Shown here piece by piece: positions 1 to 12,000 of a stretch of DNA of 64,000 nucleotides. Source of the stretch: Chiloscyllium plagiosum (lineage: Eukaryota); assembly GCF_004010195.1 (NCBI RefSeq), contig NC_057753.1:13740485-13804484 (forward strand), given 5' to 3'. Below the pieces are notes generated by a model. The model did not search any database. It saw only the letters and a list, made by a program, of their open reading frames with translations, and was not told the origin of the DNA. How positions within the stretch are numbered: position 1 is the stretch's first letter; each line of letters begins with the position of its first letter. The translations under genes were made by a program, and so were the position numbers.

Positions 1-400
1 CCCTCTCCATCATTAGAGTAAAAGTCACCGAATTGTGGTCACTATCCCCAAAGTGCTCACCTACTTCTAATTCTAACACCTGGCCTGGTTCGTTACCCAG
101 AACCAAATCCAGTATGGCCTCACCTCTTGTTGGCCTGTCTACATATTGTGTCAGGAAACCCTCCTGCACACATTGGACAAACACCGACCCATCTAACGAA
201 CTTGAGCTATAGCTTTCCCAGTTAATATCTGGAAAGTTAAATGCCCCCATAACAACCACTCTATTACTTTCAAGTGATCCCCTCCTGCACACATTGGACA
301 AACACCGACCCATCTAACGAACTTGAGCTATAGCTTTCCCAGTTAATATCTGGAAAGTTAAATGCCCCCATAACAACCACTCTATTACTTTCAAGTGATC
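1..400 (-). mobile_element. CR1-type LINE ORF2 endonuclease fragment containing a 121-bp tandem duplication
   Basis: Minus-strand translation VVVMGAFNFPDINWE...DGSVFVQCVQEG is typical of the CR1 APE domain. 159-279 is repeated at 280-400. Confidence 0.85.
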
Positions 401-799
401 GATGTTTGATAACTGTCATTGACATAATAGGCCTAAAGGCCTCCTCGTGCTGCAAAAATACTCAGTGAATGCCTATCATTTTGCAACTGATAAAAAAGTA
501 AAAATTACTGACAACAAGAAAGATTGAGCATGCCGTCCTTCGTGTTCAACTGTTATGATTTGATATCCTCTGTTGTGCTGTGTTTGATTCCAGATCAGGG
601 GATGTGGGTTTATCGTTCTTTTACAAACTCTTAACATGAAATGAATTCCTGACATTTAAAACAGCAATTAGAGCAGCACTGTCAGAATCAGTGACAGCTT
701 AACATCGGAGATGAAACATGAGCTGATGAAGCACCAACATAATTTGCTTCAACCGCTCAGCTACAGTACGACAAAACTTCATTTTCTTGGGGATGCATC

Positions 800-1160
800 T
801 CGGGTTTTGAGAGTAGTCAGGTTGGTTGTAGAAAGATTAGTTCCACTCCTGGGAAAGTCCAGATCCAGAGTGTATTATCTTGGAACAAAGCTCACACCTT
901 TAACAGAGAGAGAAATGGGAATGCATTTATGTGCCCTGCGATTTGTGAATCTGTGGAATTCTTTCCAGTGGAGGACTGCCAAAATTGGGTGTTTAAGTAA
1001 ATGAAAGGCCGAAATTGACAGATTTTCAACCAATAAGGGCATCAAGGGTGAAAGGGAAAAGCATAAAAGTGCAGTCAATGACTATCGGATCTGACATGAA
1101 CTCACTCAATAGTGGAGAAGTTTTGATGTGCAGAATGGCTTGTTCCTGCTCCTGACGTCT
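800..1160 (+). mobile_element. Degenerate CR1 LINE 3' end
   Basis: ORF remnant GKSRSR...RFVNLWNS followed by a CR1-like 3' UTR (agaatggcttgttcctgctcct). Confidence 0.6.
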
Positions 1161-2029
1161 ACAGTGTTAAAATGACGCTGCAAAACTGTCCTGAGTAAAG
1201 TTTGCCAAAGTAAAAACGCATGTGTCCACTTGGTGGAATTGACACATGGCGAGACACACCGACAGTAACACACAAGAGCGAATCATTGTGGAAGATTTGT
1301 TTTCAGGTGTGATCTGTATTTGTGGGTAAAATTGGAAAAGTGATCTTGTGCCTCCATATTGATCACGGCCCAACTAGGTCATATTTCATAAGCTCACAAA
1401 CAACAACTGTGCTTCCCAAATCCTGACGTCCCCTCCGTTCTGATTTTATGAAGTTTGCAGATTAGGCAATTGCAGTTCAATTTACTGATGTGGAACTGTG
1501 ACACGGTGTTACGAGATTCTGACTGGTCCGTGACATAGTTCTGTTTCTGAAGATCAAGCAACACTTCATCGTCATTACTATATATTATATATAGTAGCGG
1601 GATGGTGACTCAATGGTAGGCCCTGCTACCTCACAGCACCAAGCTTCATTCAGTGATCAAAAGCAGATTAACGACGGATCCGCCGTGCTATATGTCTTTG
1701 GTAAAAAAATTCTCAGCTTCACAGGAATAACAGGATACATTAGAACAGAATTGTACGCCATGTTTTGTGGAATAAATGCTGCTAAATGTTATGCTCTTTC
1801 CCTCACCAAACCAATAATTCAAATTTAATTTGTGGCAATGAATCTTTACCTTTCGTTCCTGTTATACAGATGAATTTTTTTTCAAAGTGCGGCAGTAACT
1901 GAAACTCTTGAATATTCACTCACTAAGGTAATTCAGACATCACAGCTAAAAAGTTCAACGAGAACAGTGAAACACACAGCCATGAGTACTATACAAATAA
2001 TCTTGTGATTGAATATTGTGCAAGACACA

Positions 2030-3726
2030 GAACAGTACTGCGCAGTACAGCCCCTTCAGCCCTTGACGTTGCGCTGACTTCTGAAATCATTCTGAAGCCC
2101 ATGTAACCAACATTATTTATCCAATGACAGTATAAATGCAGTTAAAGTTGGCGATTCTCCTACTGTTGTAATCAGAGAATGCCATGCCTTTACTAATCTC
2201 TCATTAAAGAACAGAACTTTGATACCTTTTCTATGTCTATCATTCCTCAGTTTAAAGTTCTGTTCCCTCGTGCTAGCCATCACCATCTAATGATAAAGGC
2301 TGTCACTCTCCACCTTATCTAAACCGCGGATCATCTTGTATGTCTCTATTAATTCACCTCTTTACCAGTTTCTCCCTAACGAAAACAACATCAAGGCCCT
2401 CAGTCTTTCCTCATAGGATCTTCCATCCATAACGTGCAATATCCTGGTAAATCTCCTCTGTATCCTTTCTAATACTTCAATGGGTCAACCAGAACTGTAG
2501 GCAATATTCCAAGTGCGGTCGGACCAGAGTTTTGTATAACTGCAACGTGACAGCATGGCTCCGAAACCTGATCCCTCTAACAACAAAACCTAACATACCG
2601 TATGCCTTCTTAACAAAAATATCAGTTTGGGTGGAAACTTTCAGGGATCTATGCACATGGACATCGAGATCTCTCTACTAATCCACACTACCAAGAATTT
2701 TACCATTAGAATCGTACTCAGCATTCCTTTTTCTCCTTACAAAGTGTTTCACCTCACACTTTTCTGCATTAAACTCCGTTTATCACCCCTCAGCCCAGTT
2801 CTGCAGATTATCTATGTCCACCTGCAATCTCCAACAGTCTTCTGCATTGCCCACAACTCCACAGACATTAGTGTCATCTGCAAATTTACTAACCCATCCT
2901 TGACACACTACTCTTGGTCATTTATAAAAAATAACAAACAACGTTGGCTCCAAAACAAATCCTTGCAGTAAACCACTCGTAACTGAACTCCAAGATGAAT
3001 ATTTCCCATCAACCACCACCCTGTGTCTTCTTTCAGCTCGCCAATTTCTGATCCAAACCACTCCATCACCCTCGATCCCATGCCATCGTATTTTCTGCAA
3101 TAGCCTATCGTGGGGAACCTTATCAAATGCGTTGCTGACATCCACGGACAATACATCAACCACACTACCCTCATCCACCAGTTTGGTTACCTTCTCAAAT
3201 AACTCAATAAAGTTCGTGCGGCACGATCTAACCTTCACAAATAGTGCTGACTATCCCAAATCAAATTATTCGTTTCTTGATGTTTAGAAAGCCACTCTCA
3301 TAATATCATTTGCAACGCTTTAACAACAATAGAAGTAAGGCTCACTGATCTATAATTACCGGAGTTGTCTTTACCCCCCTTTTTGAACAACGGGGCAACA
3401 TTTGCTGTCTTCCAGTCTTCTCGCAAAATTCTAGTACATGATGACGCCATATAGATTAGCGCCAAAGACTCTGCAATCTCCTCCCTATATTCCCAAGAAT
3501 GCTAGAATAAATCCCAATCTGATGAAGGAGTTTACGCATTTTCACACTTTCCAGAATTGCTAACACCTTCTCCTTATGAACCTAATCCCCTCTAGTCTAA
3601 TAGCCTGCATCTCAGTATTGTCCTCGGCAACATTTTCTTATTCCACTGTGAATACTGACGAAAACATTCATTTAGCATCTCTCCTATCTCTTCGGACTCC
3701 ACACACAATTTAACACTATTGTCCTT
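2030..3726 (-). mobile_element. 5'-truncated CR1 LINE (RT domain and 3' tail)
   Basis: Minus ORF 2918-3238 reads SCRTNFIELFEKVTKLVDEGSVVDV...AFDKVPHDRLLQKIRWHGIEG. The CR1 3' UTR lies at ~2030-2100. Confidence 0.9.
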
Positions 3727-4295
3727 ATATGACAGATTGAACGAGCAGAAACCACAATCCACCAGCAGGCGGCGTGAAATTCATGTGGAGTTTCCGCTGA
3801 CATCTTATTACAAGTTAATCCGTAAATATTGTTTCTGTTTATTTTAACCCAATGAAACTATACCAAACAAAAAAAAAACAGAGTAATCTAAGCACAATAT
3901 AAATTGGATGCTTACCGAAGGGGAATATGATGCAGAATCACGATTGAATGCGAGTAAGTGAAAGGGTTCATGAATTCAGAGACAATGATTGAAGGTGGGG
4001 CCATGGAAAGGAAGTCCTGAAAATAGATTTTTTAATTCCAGAACTATCATAAGCATTTCAGTTAGGAATATGACCAAGATCAATGATCGAGATCATGAAG
4101 TATTTAATCCACCAGTACACATTGAAAGAGAAGGGAGAGAATGAAAGGCGGGGTTGGGAGTGGGGGGTGGGGGTGGTGCGCGGATAGAGAGAGAGAGAGA
4201 GAGAAAGAAAAAGAGGTCGATAGATATATAGAGAGAGACGTCAATACCTTTCTGTTGTGGTTTTAAGAGGCCCCTGTTTTGATACAGCCAATCCC

Positions 4296-4318
4296 TGAGT
4301 GTGACGTTTATGATGTCT
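4296..4318 (+). promoter_or_regulatory. CRE-like (TGACG) element in the putative promoter of V segment 1
   Basis: gtgacgtt at 4301-4308, about 200 bp upstream of the leader ATG. CRE/decamer-like motifs are typical of TCR V promoters. Confidence 0.35.
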
Positions 4319-4505
4319 TGTGTCAACATCCCATAATAAGCCAGTTGCTTTAAATGCCGTCCGTCAGTCTCTTTCTGTACAAGGAGAATATAAAGCTTTC
4401 CTCTCTGCTCTCCGATTGGCATTATTGAAAGTTTTCTGTTGACAGCTAGTCCTGGTCTGGAAACAGTGCCTGGTTTCTCCCATTTTCCAAACAGTTTTAA
4501 TAGGC

Positions 4506-4566
4506 ATGAGCAGAAAACTCCGCAATTACTTGTTCTTAGTTGGAGTTCTGATGACATTCATATTCT
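4506..4566 (+). CDS. Leader exon of V segment 1 (MSRKLRNYLFLVGVLMTFIF)
   Basis: ATG at 4506, hydrophobic signal peptide, phase-1 donor GTAAGT at 4567, 85-bp intron ending ttttcttacag at 4651. Confidence 0.9.
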
Positions 4567-4651
4567 GTAAGTTTATTACTCTTATCAGATGCCTTATTTT
4601 ACCAAACCTTCAATATCGTATCACGTTAGAAAGATGTTTCTTTTCTTACAG

Positions 4652-4933
4652 CGGTTCAGACCGAGGATCAGAGCTCACAGGCTGATCAGAAGTTCACTCT
4701 GGAAGGGGAACGAGTTAAACTGCATTGTTTGCAGTCCATTGGTACTAGTGATACTGTGGCCTGGTACAGCCAAACGCTGTCAGGGATTCCGAGATATATC
4801 AACTCCATATACCAGGGCAACCAGACTAAAGGCCGTTATACGTTGTCTTTTGACCGAGATAGGAACTCCTACATCATGTTTATAGAAGACACCGTGTTCG
4901 AGGACGCTGGAACGTATTACTGTGCGAAGCAGA
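4652..4933 (+). CDS. Intact antigen-receptor V exon (V1; probably TCR alpha/delta locus)
   Basis: Open frame (S)VQTEDQSSQADQKFTLEGERVKLHCLQSIGTSDTVAWYSQTLSGIPRYINSIYQGNQTKGRYTLSFDRDRNSYIMFIEDTVFEDAGTYYCAKQ has the V-set Cys, Trp and D-x-G-x-Y-Y-C motifs and is followed directly by an RSS. Confidence 0.92.
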
Positions 4934-4972
4934 CACAGTGAGTGAAAGTGTAGATCCACCTGTACAATAACT
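4934..4972 (+). promoter_or_regulatory. 23-RSS of V1
   Basis: CACAGTG (4934-4940), 23-nt spacer, ACAATAACT (4964-4972). Confidence 0.93.
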
Positions 4973-6203
4973 GGCAAGGTCTAGCATCTGCGATCTGAAT
5001 GAACCTATTCCATATGGGAAGTTTTACAAACCATAGTGACATGAGCAAAAGGTTAATTTTCGATGCTTAAACTTCCATCTGCATGAAGCAAGAAAATGTT
5101 ACTCGCTGTTACTACAGGTAAAGTGCAGGTATATTTTCAATGAGATGCTTTCTATTCTATTGTTCTGCAGAGAAAGCAAAGAGATCAGCACAAAAAAACC
5201 TTTGCTTTTCACATGACCAGATAGATAGACAGACAGACAGATAGATAGGCATTTCGTTCGATTTTGCACCTATTTCTCCTCATTCAGGAATATGTCAAAT
5301 TCCAATTAATAAGGAACTGTAGGGCAATCCATTTCCCTTCAGCACAGCACTACTTTTCCATTCTTATCCAGGTATTTCTCCAATCAACTTCTGATTCTCA
5401 ACTTTAAAGTTAAGAAACAGAATTGAGAGAAGTTGTAAAATATCTATGTGTGTTTAAAAAAAAAATCCATTGGTCTCATTCATTCCCCACTCAAGCTGCC
5501 ATGCGCTGTGGTGTGAAATCCAGAAATTGGCATTTCATCAGTATTAGTGCTGGAATTATTGAGTCAATGTGAAGTCGATCGGATTAATGTAACTGAATAT
5601 ATAATATCCATTTGTGACTTGGAGAATTCGTAGATCACAGACAACTAATTACAGAATCGAACTAAATGATTTGTGAGAATCGTAATGGAATGAAACATTC
5701 AGCAATATTCGTGAAGATATTTTACAGTCACTGCATGAAAAATTGCATCGCACTGGCTGTGTCTGCAGTGTATTTTCTGTATGCACAATTTTAGGAACTG
5801 CAAATTTATCCGAGTCCCAGCTGACAGCTGGTTTGACAGGAAATATCTGTGTGTGTAACATTTCACTTCGTGCCGTGAATCAATGAGAATCGATGGACTA
5901 CTCTCAGCTGGTTAGAATCATACTTAACACAAAGGAAATTATTTGTGTTTCATGAAGGTCAGAGGTGGACGTTAGTTCTATCAGGCCCAGGACGACAATG
6001 CAGGCATTGCTTGGACTAGTGCCAAGTACGCACTATTTTCATCAACTTCATCAATGCTGCTCCTTTCATAATTGGATCAGAACTGGCAGACCCAGGAGTG
6101 TAAGTTACTGACCCCGAAGCTGCTCCTTGAACGGGAATTCAAAGACACGCTGCCACAGTGATGCGCCCCCACCCCATTCCCGAAAGTGATTACCTTTCCA
6201 AGA

Positions 6204-6386
6204 CTGAAAAATGTGTTGCAGGAAAAGCGCAGCAGGTCAGGCAGCATCCAAGGAGCAGGAGAATCAGCCCTTCTGCCCGAAACGTCGATTCTCTTGCTCC
6301 TTGAATGCTGCCTGACCTGCTGCGCTTTTCCAGCAACACATTTTTCAGCTCTGATCTCCAGCATCTGCCGTCCTCACTTTCTCCTT
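6204..6386. mobile_element. Short palindromic Penelope-terminus-derived element (hairpin)
   Basis: Arms ~6204-6266 and ~6287-6348 are reverse complements. The same sequence abuts the Penelope fragment at 17512-17640. Confidence 0.7.
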
Positions 6387-7278
6387 GTTGATTACCCAAG
6401 ACGTGTGGGTCTGTGACCATTCAGTTTATCACCTATTGCTATCTGCTATACCAATCTGTCCTGGACCGCAAATTTGGAAACATTTGCTGGAAACTACACA
6501 ATATATTATTTCAGGATTTTTCATTTATTTAAACAGTTCATATTGGTATGCCATAAAAAGAAAAGTATCAGCCACATAACTCAAGCGCCAGGGTGCTATG
6601 ATCTGCAAAAAATATATATAATCTAAACATCTTTACTGATTGTCAATCGTATTGACGTTGTTGAAATTGCACTATCAAAATATTGAGTTTCAATACACCA
6701 GACATGAATGTTGTGGCTACAAGAGAAGGTCAGAGAATCAAAATGCCAAAGTAAATAACAAATCTTCTGACTACAAAAGCCTGCCCAGCATCCACTATTG
6801 AAATGAAATACTTTCCATTTCTGTGGTACAGTGTTTTTCCAACAACGCACAATAATCTCGAGACTGTTCAGAGAGAGAAAAAAAATCTCAGGTCAAGTCA
6901 TTCGAGGAGAACAGACTTTCCCAGAGATCAAAATGCTTGCTGTGAAGTGATATCAATTGACTGCGAAAGTGACCCAATGAATTGTAGCTCAGCACAATGA
7001 AGACGGGCTAAATATTCAATTTTGTTAACTTTACAAATCGAAAACCAACAGGTGTCAGAAAACAATTTATAACACTATTTGCTGGGATGAATATAATTTA
7101 CTAAGATAAACGAACTGCGCACGGAAAACTCGCCTGCTTCTGTTCAGTGTTGTGCATTTTATCATCATCATTTGAAAAAAAAAGATTTCGTGGTTCTTTC
7201 CCAGCCAGGACTCAATTGTTCTTTATTTCTCTGTGTGATATCGCCCCCTGTTGAGCAATACCTGGAACTCTCAAGGTG

Positions 7279-7777
7279 GATTTTTCTACGACATCCGCCA
7301 TATCTAACCATTTCACGACAGGACTGCATGGCACAGAGATACTTGCCGCTGACGTAGATGAGGATGCTGATAACTTTTACTTCGTGACCTTGTCACTTTT
7401 ATTAAGCTGAGAGGGAAATCGATTCGTCATGCAGTTGTCCCTCTGCACACTGCTCCCAATATTTCGAAACATGGACTGCACCATAATTCGTCAGGGTTAG
7501 AATCACTTCTCTTCAAATTACGGGTTGAGGAGATATTCTTTACCTCGTCAATCATCCTTTCAGCACATGTCTTTAACAAAATATCTTGCTGTCTCCATTA
7601 CAACACTTGAAAAAATCTAATAAAAATACAGCATGGCACTCTGCATCAGTATCAGATTGACCAATATAATCTTCACATTCACTGTTATTCGACCAACAAT
7701 AACATTTGTATCGTAAAAATAAGATACTCACTGAGAATGTATTCAATGCAGAGGAACGGTAAGAAACACTGTTGAGT
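7279..7777 (-). pseudogene. Inverted TCR V pseudogene of the same family as V4 and V5 (leader, V, degenerate RSS)
   Basis: Minus strand: leader remnant TQQCFLPFLCIEYIL|GTGAGT (donor 7731-7726, no ATG). V remnant CAERMIDEVKNISSTRNLKRSDSNPDELWCS...NRFPSQLNKSDKVTK*...YLCAMQS aligns to V4 (FAEMTVGEGTDIVLTCNLKTSDSNPFAYWYS...DRISSNKTGKIAE...YLCALQP). Nonamer-like AGAAAAATC at 7287-7279. Confidence 0.8.
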
Positions 7778-8989
7778 CTGCTCTGTTGTGTTGCTAATAC
7801 AGTCAATGACAAGTTTGACGCAGCGGCAGCAATCTCCACAAGAATATAATTTGGCCAGAGAGAAGGAGAGGGAGAGAGGGTTAGAGCAGGAAAATGAAGC
7901 TGTGGGCGGGGATACCATGCACTCTAAATTTGATGAAGTGTGCAATAAATCACAAAGAGACACGTAGCTGGTAGAGTGGGTCTCATGATGGTTATTATTC
8001 CAAGTTGAGAACTGTTCAATATACATGGACAATATTATTTGTTATGGTTCAATAACCTATATTCCGAGTAAAGGCTACCTTTACATTGAGAAGATCGTGG
8101 TGTAAACAGGTGAAATTACATTTCTGAATATCAACACCATTTCTATAGTACCAATTTGGGAATGAAGAATGGTGCAGAAGGGACAGAACAGCTGAATGGA
8201 TAACGGCCAACCAATCCACTGTTTCTATTTCGCACAAGGAGACTTGCAAGTATTGAAAAAAAGGAGGAAGCAATAGAAAAACAATTTGAAGGAATGGGCG
8301 TTTCAAAGGCGCATGATGGTGTCACTGCTCCTTGAAATTCAGAAGTTCAGGCTAAAGTTTTGCAGACAGATCGCCTGGCGTAATGCGAATTCAATCAAGA
8401 ATTAACTAGCACTCGTAATGGTGGACGTGAAACCGTAATTGATTTGGTGTATATTGATACCATTTAGGGAAAGAAGGATGGTAAAATTGCCTGGTATGGT
8501 GTACATGTGACTCCAGTCATAAGCAGTGACATTGACTCTTTTCAAGGCTTTTCAAGAATTTGGTTCAAAGCAATTATGGAAGGGACAATATATACTGTCT
8601 TTCACAGCGACACTGAGAACTGATGACGGAAGAAAGTAAAAAAGAAAAGTGACACAATTAAGTTACATTATCATTTTAAATTTTCTTTGAGCCACAGGCT
8701 GTCTGTTAAATATTTTAACTGTCACTGTTAATGGAACTCTACCCAAACACCTCACCGTGGCAAAATTCCGAAGACTTGTAAACATTATTCATCATCTCTG
8801 TCTTAAGATGTATCGAGACAGATACATGCATGGTTTAGGGGGCAGAGGGATACAGATCCTTTAAAAATAGACGAGACGTTTAGATCGACGCTGGCTTGGC
8901 GGGCCGAACGGCTTGTTGCTGCGCTCCAAATTTCTTTGTTCTTTGTTCTGATGTCGGGCTTTTATTCTGAGACTATCGGTCCTGGTCCT

Positions 8990-10060
8990 GGGCTTTCACA
9001 TGAGTGGAAACATCCTTTCAGTATTTTTCCTGTCAAACCCTTAATTTTAATAGCCCAAATCCTCTCTGTTTAAATACAATAACCGCTCATTCTCCTGAAA
9101 TCCAACGAGTAGAATCCAAACCTGTTAATTCTTATTCATAAGAAAATCTCTACAGACTGGGGATCATCCCACTGTATCTTCTCTGAACTGACTCCAATGA
9201 AACGTTATCTTTCTTTCAATAACGGAATAAAAACTGCTCACAGTACAAATCATGTGGTCCTCTCGTATCTTGTTCAGTTGTAGTCAGTAGCTCTGACTCT
9301 AAAACTTGAAACCTCTTGAAATAGGGTCAACGTTCCTTTAGTCCTCCTGATTACTTGATGCATGTGAGTGCTAGCTTTCTGTGTTTCGTGCCCAAATCTC
9401 TTTGTTTCTTTGCAAATGTCTGGAGTTTCTATCCATCTACAAAATAACGTTTTCGTTTACTCTTCTTTCCAAAATGAACATGATCAAATTTTCTCACATC
9501 TGCTGCAAATACTAATATTTTGCCACACCACCTTTGTCTAACAACTCACCAAAAAGATGTGTATTCCTTTTCTCTATTTGACTTTCCACTTATTTTTCAT
9601 TATTTGCATATTTGGCTGCGGTATATTTGATTCATTTATCCAAGATATGAATGCAATATATTTTAAAAAATTGTCGTTCGATCACTGATCCCCGTTGGAG
9701 CACACTTGTTCCACGAAGCCAGGCCAGAAAATAATTATTTTTACTCAGTCGCTGTTTCTTGCCCAACAGCCGATTCTTCATTCATGGCAAAATTATACTT
9801 CCACCACAGTGGGTTCTTACCTTCTGACAAACCTTTGTGAGGTGCCTTGCAAACATTTCCTGGATGTCCAAAACGACACATATACCTATTCCCCTCAATC
9901 CACTCTCATTGCGATGGCCTCAAAATGCTCTGAAAAATTAGCCAGACGCAATTTTACTTCCACGATGAGAAACCGACTTTCCAAATATGCTGACATTGCT
10001 TCCTTAATAACTTATTTCAATACTTTCCCAGCAATTGACGTTAGCCAAATTATTCTGCAC
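8990..10060 (-). mobile_element. Highly degraded CR1 LINE
   Basis: Remnants of CR1 RT and 3' sequence, e.g. aaactgctcacagtac and caaacctttgtgaggtgccttgcaaacatttcctggatgtccaaa. Confidence 0.55.
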
Positions 10061-10816
10061 TTACCTGATGTTTTACTTCCGGGTCTTTTTCAGTAGGGGC
10101 TTCACATTAGTAGTTGGCTATTTCTGCGTTACTTCATCAGAGTTCAACGATTTTGGGGAAGTAATCAGAGCCTATTCTGGGGTGTTTCCTGAAAGGCGCT
10201 GCTACTTTACACATTACTAAATCCAGAGCGTAATGAAAGACATGGCTAGAAAAGTGAAACAGATGCAGAAGTTGCTGGAGAAATTCAGTAGATCTGGCAA
10301 TATCTGTGGAAAGGGAATTAACGTTCCCAGTCGATTGACCACTTGGCAGAACGGAATATGGACTCAGAACGTTAACTTTGTGTGTTTTTATTATTTGTCC
10401 AACAATATCTCTGATCGACCGTGATCACAAGCCAGGAAAGCACAATGAGGAACAATTGGAATAGGTTTGGGTTTGAGATTTGCTATGTGTTCTGCAAGAA
10501 CGTGTTCTTCTGAAAAACATATCTCTTTTGCTTTCCGAAAAAAGTTACTAAAGAGTCAGCAATTGCCCAATCTCAGCAAATATTTCCACACCAGTTGAAA
10601 TCCAATGAAACACCAGTTGTGTTTTCGGGTAAACAGTCAGATGAATGGTTAGATTATTATAATTTCCAACACGTGACTTTGTTCTGGCAGAACAGCTCAC
10701 ACAGTTTTTTTCCTTTCATATCTGCTCCTTTTAAACCGTTATTCCTGTACAAACTATCATTCAGTCCCAACTTCACTCATCCTGTTTGAGGCACTCAAAT
10801 TATTAATCACAACGGA

Positions 10817-11024
10817 TAAAGTGAGGACTGCAGAAACTGGAGATTAGACTCAAAAAGTATGGCGCTAGAAAAGGACAGCAGGTCAGGCAGCATCCGAGGG
10901 GCAGGAGGGTCGACGTTTCGGGCATAAGCCCCTCATTGGGAATGTCACATCCGGAAACGTCGACTCTCTTGCTCCTTGAATGCTGCCTGATCTGCTGCCC
11001 TTTTCCAGCGCCAAACGTTTTGAC
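10817..11024. mobile_element. Palindromic Penelope-terminus-derived element
   Basis: Inverted arms (ggcgctagaaaagg...cagcaggtcaggcagcatcc / tgctgcctgatctgctgcccttttccagcgcc) around a central gtttcgggcataagccc. Confidence 0.7.
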
Positions 11025-11646
11025 ACGTATTAATCATATCACTGAGTTTAAATCATGATAGCAGCATTGGTCTTCTCGAGGCTGCTTTGCATCGACAGTC
11101 AGCAGTTCAAATGTCTCTGCACAGACACTTCAGTGGGATCTTTTGCACTGACACCAGCATGATATTAGCTGTATTTCATGCAGCAAATCTTCAAGACTGA
11201 AGCAATTGAAGGAATTACACTGACTTTATTTCCTGTCTTGTTCCCTTTTCTATTCGCTGTTGTTCTTCTGATGTCAGGAGGTGGAGAATACACGAACAGT
11301 AAGCAGATGGCTGTCTGCTGTTCATCATGTCAACAATGAGACAATGGTCTCAGGATATTACTCAAAGTTAATTACTTTCTTGAGTGTAACAATTGCAAGG
11401 TTTGTTTGCGCTATGCAAATCTATATCCACTACGTACAAACATGCCTGTTACTTTATATTCATCCTTCACAACTCTAGCTCTCATACTTGGTAACTCATT
11501 TTAAATACTGCACACCTCGCCATGCAGGCATCACTGACATCATTTTAATCTTCTCTCTGACTATTTTGAAACAAAAAAATGTGTTCCCAGGTGATACCTT
11601 GTATAATGATAACCAACTGAGATTTTGCAATTGCAAATGTTTGCAG

Positions 11647-12000
11647 GTGTAGCAGGTGCTAACCGAGTTTTCCAGGAGACACCTTCATCGATGAAGTTTG
11701 AGAAATAAAATACTGTGGTCACTTGTGAAATTTATTCGAAAACTGCAGTTACATATTCTTTGCAACTACATGGTCACTATTGGGATGAAGCCCAATATTC
11801 TTGATTTACATTCCTAACTTCCTAAGTGGTAATGCTATCAGAGCCGAGTGTGTGGGTCCTCGATTTTCTGCTCACATTGACTGTTTAAAAAGTGACGACA
11901 ATTTCACCAATAATGAGCTGCAAATGTCTGATATTACAATGTATTACTGCAAACTGAGAGTCACAATAACAGGTCCCAAGAGGAAGCATCGCACGAAGCC
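11647..12000 (+). pseudogene. TCR alpha/delta-type V pseudogene (V2) with degenerate RSS
   Basis: Acceptor ttgcag ends at 11646. GVAGANRVFQETPSSMKFEK*(TAA 11706)NTVVTCEIYSKTAVTYSLQL..., then a frameshift, then FLIYIPNFLSGNAIRAECVGPRFSAHID...ELQMSDITMYYCKLR. Heptamer CACAATA at 11962-11968, degenerate nonamer near 11991-12000. Confidence 0.85.

Noticed and set aside
4093-4557. 154-aa minus ORF and many other 60-190 aa ORFs in the track
   Set aside because: These are antisense or low-complexity frames over promoters, microsatellites and transposable elements, with no protein signature.
5640-5820. LAVSAVYF..C followed by cacaatt, resembling a V 3' end
   Set aside because: No first Cys, WY motif or nonamer could be found, so it is too degenerate to call.
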